The notes beneath the pieces were generated by a model. The model was not told the DNA's origin, ran no database searches, and saw only the letters and a list, made by a program, of their open reading frames with translations. Source: Callorhinchus milii (Eukaryota). From it: a stretch of 64,000 nt of DNA. The DNA is taken from assembly GCF_018977255.1 (NCBI RefSeq), contig NW_024704743.1, positions 76,696,001 through 76,760,000 of the forward strand, written 5' to 3'. The position numbers and the translations under genes were made by a program. Shown one piece after another: positions 49,406 through 62,098 of the stretch (its first letter is position 1; every line of letters starts with the position of its first letter).

Positions 49406-51461
49406 CCGGGCTCTTTCAGCACTTTTTGTGTCTCAAAGTGTTCTTCACTTTATACACACAGAACTACAGAAAATAACTTGGGGGAGAGAAAAGGTGAGGT
49501 ACGTTTTGATAATTGTAGAGTGGGAGCAGCTTGCATTAACTTGCTTGTGCCAGACCACTGTTATCAAAGCACTCACTAAGGACTATGTTTGAGGCACTGC
49601 ATCAATTCTGGCTTGTATGAATGGAGGGAGAGGCTGGGAAAAAATTAAGCTGGTGGATAGATTGTGAATTTGTGGTGCTCTGCATTGAACACTTGGAACA
49701 TTTATTTGTTCAAGGAAATAAGTGCAATTCTTCATTCAAGGTTCTTTAAAGAACCTTGGTACGTAAATCAATGTATTAAGCAGGAGAGAATTTTTTGTTT
49801 ATTTCAAGTAGAGCTCCTTAACAGTGATTCCACATCTGTTCAAACACCCTGGAGATTACAGAAGGACACATAAATAGTTTTTCAAGCAATAAAATGTACT
49901 GACTACAATGATGTCCATTTTTAACACCTGATAATATATTGAAAAGGATGTAGCAGTTATCAGGAGCTCAGTTGGATAAGAATGGAATGGGTGGGCTGTG
50001 TTTCCTGTTTTGTGATATTCCCATGAATGTTATTCCATCTTTTTCAGGGAAGTTACATGGGAGTGTTCAAGTGATCAGAGAATTCTCCCAAACTATGTTG
50101 TTTCTTTTTCAGTAGCTGTGGCTAGATTTGCAAATGAACTCTTACAGATAACTAACTGTACCTGTCTAGCACAATATTAAATAGGAACTGACAGACAACA
50201 GTCATTGAGCTGCGGATGACAGGTTGTCGTACATTTAAGGTGATCAGCAAATAGCCAAACAAACTAGCTATTGGTTTCAGTCAAATCCAGCTTAAAAGGA
50301 ACACAGGAATATGTGGCAAAACAGAAGATCATTTTGAATTTCCACAATGACTGTTTTATGTATCCAAATGTTGATATCATCAGTTTTCTATTGTGTAAGG
50401 TACTCTCAAAAACACTGGGATCCTTTCATCTTGACTTGTGGACCATATTAAGCTTTGCACCACATCAAACATAAAGCATAATTATGCTTTTTTTTGGTGG
50501 GGGGGTGGGGTGTGGACAGCGGGTGTCTGAATAGTGCATGCTGAAACCCATCAACATGCTTCAGAGTATCCAAACCAAACTGAGCATTTGATTATTGGAC
50601 TTAAGTATTGGAATTTTTGTTTGTCTTTTCTGTTGCTGAAGCCACTGTTATGAAAGAAACATTTTCACCCCTTATACTGCAGACAGATTTTTGATGTCAT
50701 TGCTAGAATAAGATTTTATCGATTGACCATTACCATTGATTGAATGTGGTTGCCATATTGAATTTTGTTGTGTTTTTCCTCACTCTGTTTTCCAAATCCA
50801 TTCAAAAAACACTTGGCTGTTCCTTCAGCCAATTTGTGTGTTCCAATCGCTCACCCTTCTTGGCTCCCACTGCAACTCTGTAAATATACTTTGAGTTCTC
50901 GTTTGTGAAAGGAGCTATATAAGTGCAAGTTGTTTTTGTTGTACAATATTAGTTTATCTGGCATTGGTTACAGAATTGAATCAATGTAACGGCTACAGTA
51001 TGAATCCTGTTTGGCAAAGTTGTTGCAAAACAAATCTTTACACATTAAAGCAATTACCTAGAGTGATAAGGAATGGAAAGAATCCAATCAGACCAACTAG
51101 TCTGTGTTGGGAATTACGTGTAAACGTTTCTGGGTGGTTAATTGGAGTTCTGCTGGGCTTTTTAACTGTTATTAGGGAGGCATTTTTACTTTGAAATTTT
51201 AATTGGCATTTAATATCGGTTTACAATGCTTTGGGCATGCACTCGGTAGAGCTCACTTTTACTTAGATCTTGATCTGGGCAAGAGTGATTGAGAGATGGC
51301 ACCATTGTTGTTCCAAGTCACTCTATCGAGGTACCTCATTCAATCAGAGTATAAGTGCTATTTGTCAAGTACATTCATCTGATTCCAGGATATGTATTGC
51401 CTGATGGGAATAGTGCTTTCCTGATGGTAATGGACTAGCATCAGTCAGGCCAAAGTAAGGT

Positions 51462-51832
51462 AATAAATATAATGCCTTATCGCATCATTCAAATGGCTCA
51501 AAGTGCTTCATATGATTTACTATAAAGTTTAATGACTATATTTATAGGCAGCCAATTGTGCGCACAGTAAAGTCTCACAAACAGCCATGTGTGATTGACC
51601 AATTGTTTCCTGGAGGGATTGTGGTCAGGACTGGGCAAAATTCCCTTCTTTTTTCAAATCGTGCCATGGGATCTTTAATGTCTACCTGGTCAGGTAAACA
51701 GGGCCCCGGTTTAACATTTCATCTGAAAGATGACACCTCTGACAATGCAATACATCCCCAGCACTGCATTGGAGTGTCAGCTAATTAACTATTAGCTCAA
51801 ATTCCTAATGTGCTACCAACTGAGCCAGGCTA
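51462..51832 (-). mobile_element. DeuSINE (family B), near full-length
   Basis: gtgccatgggatcttt...atctgaaagatgacacctctgacaatgca...gtgctaccaactgagcc. Confidence 0.88.
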
Positions 51833-51904
51833 GCACCTTGAATTAGGGATAGGTAGATGCAATTACCACTATTATAAGTCACCAGAAATTGGCCTAAGCA
51901 TAGT

Positions 51905-52006
51905 ACTGCCAATTCACTTTACAGTATAATCTGTGAAGCGCTTTGGGACGTCTAGAAGACGTGAAAAGCGCTATATCAAATGCAAGGATTATTATTATTA
52001 TTATTA
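51905..52006 (+). mobile_element. SINE family A 3' fragment
   Basis: caattcactttacagtata...gcgctatatcaaatgcaagg(ATT)n. Confidence 0.9.
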
Positions 52007-52669
52007 CTGGGGGAGCAAGTTCAGTAAATATATCTTCAATTTTCTGAAGTATTTTAGGAGCATTGAGAAAGATTACCAAAATGTTTATTTCTTCTTTTCA
52101 AACATGTAATTCCTGACCTAGATTTTCCACACACAATTTTCCACTGTCAGCATCCATCGATCATGCATCAAAAATCACACAGTATTATCAGGTGATCATT
52201 TCAATATTTGAATCTGGCCCTTAACACCAAGAGTGAAATGTGCAGAATACGGTATTTAAATGGATTTACCATCAGCAGTAATTCCCTAATCTCTACCCAG
52301 TAGAAAATTCAGCCAATTTCTTTTCTGACAGTACAGTATATGGAACTTTAGGGATTTTCTTTAAGCAAAATTGTGGTTTGAATTTTGTTTTGCTTCTGTT
52401 CAATTTATACACTATTGCTTTGACTTGTGTATTGATACCAATGGCTGTGCTTCAAAATATGAAACGCTGGTTGAGTCCTTAAAGTGCTCAGGTATTTACT
52501 GCTTTTCTAGAATTAGGTCAGACACTTCGTTGGAGCTGTTGGACGCTCAGATTCTTTGTATTATTCTGCATGAGAGAGAGCAAGACCAAGTGCTTTAACA
52601 GATGTTCTGTGGCCAATCGTTTGTAAAATATAGACTGTGCAGAAACACTTAATAACTAACAGCTTGTAG

Positions 52670-52912
52670 ATATTTGAAATTTAGAAAAGGGCGTATACTT
52701 CACAAGCATGCCCATAGGCATTGCGAAGGACAAGTTTAGGACAGACACCAGGAAGTATTTTTTTATGCAGATGATAACAGCTGGAATGGACTATCAGGAG
52801 AGGTGGGTGGCAGGCAGGACATTCTTGTGCTCATTTAAGAAACAGCTTGATGCTGTAATGAGAAGACAGTAGAATGGGTATTCTAGTAGGATGAGATCAA
52901 ATGATCCAAAGG
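52670..52912 (+). mobile_element. CR1 3' fragment
   Basis: aagtttaggacagacaccaggaagtattttttt...tggaatggactat...tcatttaagaaacagcttgat (FRTD.RKYFF..WNGL...FKKQLD). Confidence 0.75.
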
Positions 52913-53728
52913 TGTGTTTATAAAGAGCTTGTCGGGAAAACACTGCTGTGGATGTTACCTCAGGATATAAAGTACAAATTGGCTGAAGCACTAATTTGAA
53001 AAAAAATCCATCAGAAATTATATAATGTCCACCGCTGTTGAAACCCTATTGCTGTCCAGCCCTGTTTAAACCTATTGTTAGAGGATCCTTATTGTTAACT
53101 GGATCCTATGCTGGAACCTTCAAGTTCTAGTAAAGGATCCAGTTATGCACATGGTAACTCATGACACTTAATAACTCATACGCAAATTGACATATGCACA
53201 CAACTGAATTCACATTGCAGTGCAGGACATTCCAACAAACTGATGCACGCACAGCAATGCAGACACTGAAAGCAACTGTTATTTGTTATTTAAACTAAAT
53301 TTAGATGAAGCTATTTTTTTACCAATTGACTTTCCCTAAAAAAGCAAGGATTTATTGGTGAAAATAGGTGAAAAAAATGAATGGTTCTTCTGCATATTGA
53401 ATAGCTTTAGTCAGAAAGAAGTTCTACCATTTCCTGGTTTGTGCTGTCACCTAGTAGTTTAATGAAAGAAATTCCAGGTGAAAAGGACTGTTCTATTGCT
53501 GCTGGAGTTATTATGTCCCTTAATTGGTCCTGGCCTGATAAGCAAGAGACATTACACTCTTTCCTAAGGCATTTCTTTTCATCTTCCCTTGAATATTTGT
53601 TTAATGCCAGTGATAACCTCAAAAGAAGATGAGATTAATAGAAATAATTTCCCTTAATAGTACGTGACCTTATGGCAATATAACAAACTAGAAGCAGGAG
53701 GTCTTCCATTTCAGTCCACAAGAAGAAA

Positions 53729-53760
53729 AACCCACGTTAAGATTAACCCACGTTAAGATT
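53729..53760. repeat. Perfect 16-bp tandem duplication
   Basis: aacccacgttaagatt x2. Confidence 0.95.
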
Positions 53761-53827
53761 GTTTCTGTTCTTACTGAATGGTTTAAATGTTTCAAAAATA
53801 TTGTGCCTGATATGTGCTATTGGTGTT

Positions 53828-54168
53828 ATCCCGGCTCAGTTGGCAACACTCTCATCTAAGAGTCAGAAAGTTATGGGTTCAAGCCCCACATCAGACCTTC
53901 AAACTTACAGTCTAGGATGACAATCCAATAAAGTCCTGGGAGAGTGCTGCATTGTGGAAGGTACCATCCTTCAGCTAAGATGATAAACTGAGGTCCTGTT
54001 TGCCTGCTCAGGTGGGTGCTAAAGGTCCTAGAATACTATTTGAAAAGAGAAGGGAGTTTCTGTTGGTGACCTGGCCAACAATCTACCCAAATAAAACTGA
54101 TCATTTACTTCTTGGCAACTTGCAAGATATTGCTGATCACAATTTGGCTTATTATGTAAGGATTATTA
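53828..54168 (+). mobile_element. DeuSINE (family B), near full-length
   Basis: ggctcagttggcaacactctc...gagtcagaaagttatgggttcaagcccc head followed by Deu domain. Confidence 0.85.
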
Positions 54169-55286
54169 AATTTACATTTATTTAATACCTTTCATATCGG
54201 GAGTCATCCCAAGGCACTTAACAATCTGGCACCCAAGCTGGAGGTGGAAGCTGTGGGAGGGGAAAGAGGAAGTCCGGTAAATCACATAATATTTTAAATA
54301 ATTTAATTCATAAAGTCTAATTTGACTCTAAAGTATAATTTGCTGTTGAGCAGTCAAATATATCAAAATATGTCTACAGCCTGACACTTTGATTGGGTCT
54401 TGAACAGTTTATTTCTTCCATCTCTTGAAATCATTTTGCCCATCATTCTTTTCAGAAGAGAGCAGCAGGTCCCTGAGAAGTTCTCAGTGACAATCTGTGG
54501 ATAGACCACTTCAACAGAGTGGCATTTTTTAACCCATTGCCTGCCAATGAAGAGTATTTCAGGGCAGTACCTTTAGTAATTATCTGGCCAAGAAATGAAG
54601 GTGTGTAATCAATTTTCGGGTGTTTTATAGCCAGAAATACAAGTTCATCCTCCACTACTGTGTTGATTATTCTAACCTTTGGAGTTATGGTTCGGAATTC
54701 ATATACTCTTCAGATATCTCCAAATGCGTCTCCCCAACCACCATGGTAATCAAGTCCAGCTCTACTGCTAACAGAAGCTGGGACATTTCAACATATTTCT
54801 TGAAGTACTAGTTCACTCTTTTCCATTTGGTATTCCTTATTGGTGTCACTTTCATTTGCACATTCACTGTGGGCAGTTGTTGGGCTCCACTGGCCAAGCC
54901 TCAAACTCTCCTACTTATTCAGAATGTTTGATCTTTCACAAATAACTGGGGTTCCACAACAGACTTTCAGTGAGGCAGTCAAGAATTGTGCAGCAACACC
55001 CTGACATTACTTCATAGAGCTATTTCTGTCAACTACCAATGATCCTCTTGCCAGAATCAAAGCAGCTTCATCTTTATTGGGCAGTGCAATTATTCTAAAA
55101 CAAATATTCCTCTCCTGAATGACATTACGGCTTGTCAAATATAATATGTAATCAGTTGCCCTTGAACAATTCATATTCTGCCTCATCAAAAGAGAAAACA
55201 GGAAAATCTTTCTGCAAGTGAGATCCATTAGAACACTATGCATTGAGGTCAGTGATTTTTATGAGGGGGAAAAATAATCACAGCGT

Positions 55287-55388
55287 GAAGTAAAAACAGA
55301 AAATGTTGGAAACCACAAAGCAAATCAAACAGCATCTCAAAAAGGAACATGGGTTAATGTTTCGGGTGTGACCCGTGATAGAACTGGC
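55287..55388 (-). mobile_element. Penelope-like element terminal-repeat relic
   Basis: aaaaacagaaaatgttggaaa...cagcatct...gttaatgtttcgggtgtgacccgtgatagaactgg resembles the abundant chondrichthyan Penelope-like termini (from memory). Confidence 0.55.
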
Positions 55389-55409
55389 ACAGTTGATTAC
55401 AGAAGCCCA

Positions 55410-55930
55410 TTTATACGACAGAAGCAGAAAGCAGAGAGTTGTGGTGAACGGTTGTTTTTCTGACTGGAGGGAAGTGTACAGTGTTGTCCCCCAGGGATCA
55501 GTTTTGGGACTACTGTTGTTTTTGATCTATATAAATGTCCTGGACTTGGGTCCATAAAAGTTTTCAAAATTATGAGGAGATTTGATAGGGTAAACAAGGG
55601 GAAACTATTTCCATTGATGGGTGGTTGGGTAACCCAAGGACACCGATTTAAAATAGTTGTTAAAAGAAACAGAGGGAGGTGAGGAGAAAGTTTTTTACAT
55701 AGCGAGTTGTTTGGATTGGAATGCATTGCCTGAAAGATTGGTGGAAGCTGATCCGATGACAACTTTTAAGAGAGAAGTAGCTAATTATTTGGAGAGGACA
55801 AGTTTGCAGGGCTAAGGGGAGAGCACGAGGGAGTGGGATTGAATTGGATAGCTCTTTTCAAAGGTCCAGCACAGACACAATGGGCCGAATGGCCTCCTTC
55901 TGTGCTGTATAATTCTATGATTCTATATGA
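55410..55930 (+). mobile_element. CR1 LINE fragment with large internal deletion and intact 3' end
   Basis: RKQRVVVNGCFSDWREVYSVVPQGSVLGLLLFLIYIN joined to KVFKIMRRFDRV; ends gggccgaatggcctccttctgtgctgt..attctatgattctat. Confidence 0.93.
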
Positions 55931-56157
55931 TTAAGAAAGGAAAATAGAAAAATGTGTTGAAAAGGCATACCTCAGGAGATGGGCAGCACAAATGGGGTTT
56001 TGCGAAGGTTGGAGACTACTTTCGATAAATCAACTTGAAGTACATATGCGTCTTGAGATATTTTTTCCAGCAGAAGGCAAGGCATCATTTCTGTTTTTCG
56101 GCAAGAGTTTGTTGGCCTCCAATATCTAGTTTCACATAACTATTACATATGTAGCAG

Positions 56158-56403
56158 CAATAATAAATACAATATTCCTTGCATTTGATATAGTGCCTTA
56201 TCACGTCTTCAAGACATTTCAAAGCGCTTTACAGAATATACAGTAAAGAGAATTAACTATATTTTGTGGGTGAAACGCGGCAGCCAATTGCACACAGTAG
56301 TATCCCACAAACAGTTGTGGATTGAGTGACCCAATATTTTTTGGAGGGATTATTACCCCCGGAAAGTGATCCACCAATTGACCAGCAAGCAGGTTCCTAC
56401 TTA
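56158..56403 (-). mobile_element. SINE family A, 5'-truncated; a second tail follows at 56442-56537
   Basis: Match to consensus up to caggttcctactta. Confidence 0.9.
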
Positions 56404-56691
56404 AGGATTGATTCAGGCATAGCTCTCCATTATTAATACAGCAATAATAATCCTTGCATTTGATATAGTGATTTTCACATCTTCTAGATGTCTCAAAGCA
56501 CTTCACAGAATATACTGTAAAGTGAATTGACTGTATAGAAGCAGGATTAATATTCAAATATGAAACTGGAAAACCCAGTAAAATGCCTCTGTGAAATTGC
56601 AGTTCCTCTAATGGTTCACAGCTTGATGCTATAGTGGAAAGACAGTTGGGTGGCTTTTCGAAAAGGATAACGTCTAAAGCTTCTAATCTTT

Positions 56692-57096
56692 CGAGTTTAA
56701 GATCCTCATCCTCTCTTACAAGCCCTCCACGGTCTTGCCCCTCCCTACCTCTGCGACCTACTAAAGTGTTACCAAACTGTCCATTCCCTCCACTCAGCAA
56801 ACACTGGCCTGCTCCACTTCCCAAGCCCGGTTCACTCCAATGTGAGTGCTCAGGCCTTCAGCTTTTCTGCCCCACCTCCTGGAAATCCATTCCAGATCTC
56901 TTCGCCTCGCCCTCTCCCTTGCCTCCTTCAAGGACCATCTCAAGACCTCCCTCTTTGAACGTGCCTTCAGTCATCCTCCCACCCACATTCTCTCTTGATT
57001 CCAACCCCCAGCTCGGGTGCAAAGCCTTGACTGTACAGCACTTGGGACGTCATCCCAATGTGAAAGGTGCTATATAAATGCAATTTGTTGTTGTTG
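56692..57096 (+). mobile_element. L2 3' fragment
   Basis: gagtttaagatcctcatcctc...ccctacctctgcgacc...gtgaaaggtgctatataaatgcaa(GTT)n. Confidence 0.92.
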
Positions 57097-57098
57097 AT

Positions 57099-57320
57099 GA
57101 TCCCAGGTCTGTGATGTTAGCTGATTTTGGGAAAGGTAACTGTAAGGCCGCTAACATTGGTCTCAGTACTTCTGTGACTGGGGAACCAAAACATCAGTCC
57201 GGGTTTCTGCTCCTGATCATTATCCTGCCACAGTTAAACAGGCTGAGGACAGATTTCCTCTAGGTTTGCGCATAAATCATGACTACATAATTAGGCACTA
57301 TAAGATATTTGGCATTAGTG
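57099..57320 (+). mobile_element. Old SINE family C fragment
   Basis: gatcccaggtctgtgatgttagctgat...atcagtccgggtttctgctcctgatc. Confidence 0.6.
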
Positions 57321-58297
57321 GAACTATAAAAGAGTAAAAGAATTGGAAAAATAGAAGGGAAAAGGTGTGGAATTTTGAGGAACTATAGCATAAACAGAAA
57401 CTGTGTGGTGAAAATGACTACCTGTAATCCAATCAACGGAGTCAATGGGAAAATACAAAAGGGAATGAATTAAAAAAGTAATGGGAATTTAATGATTTAA
57501 ACTAATTTAGATTTTACAACCTATATTTATCAACGGCTGATAAATATAGTAATAGAATCCCAAGTATATCACGCTGAATTACGAAACTTCAATTGTGAAA
57601 ACAAAAAACAGATACAGCACAAGCCTGTTGTCAGCATTAAGGTGCCTAGTAACACTACCACTTTCTTAAGAAGAGCTTTTTCAAGCATTAAATAATCAAT
57701 CATTCAAATGGATAACATCAGGCCGCTATGTTACAGCATGGCAGATAGACCAGGATCTGGTACGGAGGATTGTATCAGAGAGAAAGAGAGGGTTGATACC
57801 TAAGAAAAAAATCAACACAATAAAGAAGATACCTGGAAATAGGATCTAAGAAGTGGCAGGAGAAGTGGGATTGCATGGAAGAGTCAAAGAGCATGCTGAA
57901 CGATCTGCTGACTTTGATCCAAAACTATAATGAGGTGTTATACCAGTTTCTCCTTCATGTAGCCGCTATTATGTGAAATCCTCGAGAGAATTAAAGAAAG
58001 CTAAACTGCTTGATCTTTCCGTAAAAATAACCAGGATTTAGTGAGGTGTGAGATGTCTGAGCTTTGTTTGTCTGCAACAATGAAATATCCAAATGAAGTA
58101 CAGCCCCAAGGAAACCTAAAGCAAGGTTCTTGGGGCTTTTGAACTCTTCAAAGCAAATCTGGAAAGTGAGTGAGAGCAGTTCAGCTGGGCTTCACGCAAA
58201 CAGCACCACCACATATCTTGGCAGATTGGACATGGTGAAGCCTCGACTGTTCAGCACCTTGGGACATCCTCCTGACATTAAATAAATAATAATAATA

Positions 58298-58467
58298 ATT
58301 TAGTCACTCAATCCACGACTGCTTGTGGGACACTGCCATGCGCAATTGGCAGCCGCGTTTCGCCCACAAAATATACAGTAAATTCACTTTACAGTATAAT
58401 CGGTGAAGGCTTTGAGACGTCTCAGCGCCATGATAAGGCCTATATCAAATGCGAAGATTATTATTAT
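58298..58467 (+). mobile_element. SINE family A 3' half
   Basis: caatccacgactgcttgtgggacactgcc...(ATT)n. Confidence 0.9.
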
Positions 58468-59184
58468 GGTTTAACTGTAAAACAGCACAGAACTGTGGCA
58501 AATCTGGTCTTGGGTTGGAAGCCAGTTGCTTTTTAAAATTCCGCAGGGAAAAAAATGCTTCCAAATTGAGTCGCAATATCAAATGTAAGGATTATTACCA
58601 ATATTATCATGTTAGAACTAAAAAGTGACAACATAGAAATTGAATGATAACAACTGATAACAGAATGGAACATTTATATATTTTTTAAAAATTAATTTTT
58701 TAATCAATTGATGCTTCCTTTACAATTGGTCAGTCACAGCCAGTTAAAATATCCAAAGTCTAATTGAAGCCAAGTTGGAGAAATCAAGCAACATCTGAAT
58801 GGGAATATTTAATTCAGATGAGGTCCATTTACCCCTTACATTGCTTAACAATTGTTCAGCTCAATACCCTGATCATTTTTTCTCCATGTCCTCCAACTAA
58901 TTTTAAACTTATTTTCCCAAGCTTATTGATTCACTTTTCTGCCCTCACGCTTTCCTTTGCCAACTCTGAACTATTTCTCTTATTCACTTTTTAACATCCG
59001 TAACCTTTATCCACTGCTGCTCTTTTACCCAGAAGTGAAAGGTACTGGACTTAATACTGATTTATCAATCAGAAAAATCTATCAGTATTTACCCTATAAT
59101 AACTTCACAACTTCAAGTCATCCCTTGACCCTCGCAACTCCAGTAACTCTTTCAATTCTTAAGGCTCTTTTTAAAATCATCATC

Positions 59185-60270
59185 TGCATTGTCTTGTGTG
59201 GCATTCCTCAGGGCTCTGTCTTTGGTCCCCTCCTCTTCGATATCTATATGCTCCCTGTTGGTGACATCACCCGCAGACATGGGGTCAACTTCCACAAGTA
59301 TGCGGGTGACACCCAATTGTATCTCTCTGCCTCCGCCCTTGACTCCAGGACCACTGCTGCCCTGACAGAATGTCTGTCAGACATCAAGTCCTGAATGAGA
59401 GGTAACTTTCTACAATTGAACGTCAACAAGACCGAGGCTCTCCTGATTGGCTCCCGTCAGCACCTCCACACCTCAGACACTGCAGCTTCACCATCCAGGG
59501 ATGCACACTCCACTTCACTGATCCAGACTGGAACCTTGGCATCTTCTTTGACCCTTAACTGTCCTTTCCACTTCCATGCCATTACCCGCTCTGCCTTCCT
59601 CCAGCTCCGCAATATTGTCCAGCTCCATCACTGCCTCACCCCTCAGGCCGCCGAAACCCTCATTCGCGCCTTCATCACATCTAGGCTGGACTATGCCAAC
59701 TCCCTGCTTGTCGGCCTTCACAACTCTTCACTCCACAAACTGCAGCTCATCCAGAACTCTGCTGCTCGTGTCCTCTCCAGCACCAGGCTCAGTGACTCCA
59801 TCAACCCCACACTCGCCCGCCTCCACTGGCTCTCCAACCCCCAGAGGATAGAGTTCAAAATCCTCATCCTCGCCTTCAAGGCCCTCCAAAGCCTTGTCCC
59901 TCCCTACCTCTGCGACCTGCTGACCGCATAGTAACCTGTCCACACCCTCCAGTCAGCAGGCTCTGGCCTGCTCCACGTCCCCCACCCGGCCCGCTCCATC
60001 ATCAGCGGCCGGGGCTTCAGCCTTTCTGCCCCCACCCTATGGAACTCCACCCCACATTCCCTTCGCCTCGCTCCCTCCCTTCTCTCCTTCAAGGCGTGTC
60101 TCAAAACCCTCCACTTCGACAAAACCTTCAGCCACCCTCCTACCCTCCCTGGCCTCCACCCTCCGCGATCCGGACCCCCAGCTCGGATCCAAATTCCTGA
60201 CTGCCCAGTGCCTTCGGATGTCCTCCCGACGTGAAAGGCACTATATAAATGTAAATTGTATTGTATTGTA
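59185..60270 (+). mobile_element. L2 LINE, 5'-truncated (~1.1 kb), disrupted RT ORF2
   Basis: CGIPQGSVFGPLLFDIYMLP, HKYAGDTQLY, in-frame TGA at 59392-59394, FITSRLDYANSLL, LQLIQNSAARVL, LHWL..PQRIEFKIL. Confidence 0.97.
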
Positions 60271-61204
60271 TCATAGTGAATCTATACCATACCTTTTATA
60301 TTGGTTTTATATAATTTCTGTAATGCCCCAAACTATACCCAGCACTCTTAAATTGTAACTTCAGTTTGCTGGTGTGATAAATTTCTGAAACTGAACATTG
60401 ACTTTAGTATTGTATTTTAAAAATATGACCTGAGATAAATCATTGTAAGTCATTGCCATGAAAGGCGCTATATAAATGGAATTTATTATTGTTGTTGAAA
60501 CATTGGCTTGGTGATAAGCATTTACTGGTTAAATCGCTGTAGTTTTTAAACAGAAAGTAGAAATCATATTCTCTTACACTAGAGTTGCAGACCTTTCAAA
60601 CCGGATGCCATACGGGGACTGAAACCACTTAACATATTCGGCGTTTTTTCTGGTTGAAGGCATATTTCTCTTGACAGGAGGAAAAGTTCACATCAGTCTT
60701 CCTGCCCCCCACGCCCCACTCCCCCTCCCAAAAAAAGAATAATGTGTATTGGTTCAGTCATGTTCACTTCTTTCTCACTTTTACCCACCTCATAATTCAG
60801 CTGACATTATGCTTTTCCACCGGTGTCGCGGTTTGGTCCTGAAGTGCTGTTGACATACTGTAATAATATGTATGCTTGGCACTGATATTTAGTATAGCTG
60901 CGCTTAAGATGTGAAACTAGTCCAGCAACCTGAGTCCTTTAGTCCGTTTCTGTGGATGATCTATTTCTTATATTCTAATTAGCATTTCACATGTCTGTTT
61001 TTGAAACATCCCTGTATTTAAAATATTTGAACAGAGTGAGATACAGTATAGATATGGTATAGATATAGATATAGATTAATCTATACCATGGGCGTTAAGG
61101 GCGATTCATTCTGGTTACCCACTAATTGATTGAAAGAAAGAGAGGGAAACTTGTCTCAAAATCCTTTCCCGTAATCATTGTTAATTGACTATTTTTTGTA
61201 GCAA

Positions 61205-61402
61205 ACACAACAAAAATTACATTTATAGAGCATCTTTCACGTTGGGAGGACGTCCCAAAGCGCTGGACTACAACCAACTTGGACACAGATAGTCCCACAA
61301 ATAACTGTGACATGAATAGCAAGTATATTTGTAAGATTATTGGCCTGGGCCCTGGAAGAAAATTCCTTCTCTTTTTGAATATTGTCATGGTATCCACCTG
61401 AA
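61205..61402 (-). mobile_element. L2 tail (61205-61270) adjoining a DeuSINE fragment
   Basis: catttatagagcatctttcacgttgggaggacgtcccaaagcgctg; gtcccacaaataac...ttggcctgggccctgg. Confidence 0.7.
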
Positions 61403-61591
61403 CATGAGCAGATAGTTTGGTAAATAACTTGTATACTTACGAAATATGGAGAGGCAGCAATACAGACCTTTTCTAAACATCACTTACAATCCACTTCTGA
61501 TTATAACATACATATTTGTTTCCGCATTAGTAGTTTAATACTAAAAGATATTTTAGTGAATTAAGTTATGTATAGTGTGCAGAGCAACAGT

Positions 61592-61757
61592 AATAATAAC
61601 TATAAAATTCCTTGCCTTATCACATCATTGAGATGTCTCAAAACGCTTCACAGAATTATATTGCAATGTTTACTGATTGTGTATTTTGTGGGTGAAACTC
61701 AACAGCCAATTGCGCACAGCAGTGTCCGACAAACAATGGTGGATTGAATAACCATTT
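61592..61757 (-). mobile_element. SINE family A 3' half
   Basis: cagccaattgcgcacagcagtgtccgacaaaca. Confidence 0.88.
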
Positions 61758-61904
61758 TTTAAATTAATTAGTAATTGCTAGATGATATTTTATAGCTTAA
61801 GGCAATATACAAAAGTTGGCAGTAAATGTGCAGAAAGATTAACGCCATTAATGGCTCATTTGGTGAATGCATTGTTTGGTACAGTGCAACCCAGTTATCG
61901 CAGC

Positions 61905-62098
61905 CCAGCTGATTCAGTAGCACTCTCGCCTCTGAGTCAGAAGGTTGTGGGTTCAAGGCCCAGGTTTGGACTTTGAATTTGCATAAGGAAGGCTGGCATT
62001 CCAATGCAGTGCTGGGGATGTGCTGCATTTTGGATGTTCCATCTTTCAGATAAGGTTTCATCTGCCTATTTGGGTCGACATTAAAAATCCCCTAGCAT
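61905..62098 (+). mobile_element. DeuSINE (family B) 5' half
   Basis: gtagcactctcgcctctgagtcagaaggttgtgggttcaag head; Deu domain decayed. Confidence 0.85.

Noticed and set aside
58250..58270. REST/RE1-like ttcagcaccttgggacat
   Set aside because: Non-canonical spacing, mismatched right half, and part of an L2 tail
61042..61089. 12-nt match to miR-144-3p (tacagtatagat) within a small palindrome
   Set aside because: Diverges after 12 nt, has no proper precursor or miR-451 neighbour, and lies in a (TATAGA)n low-complexity tract
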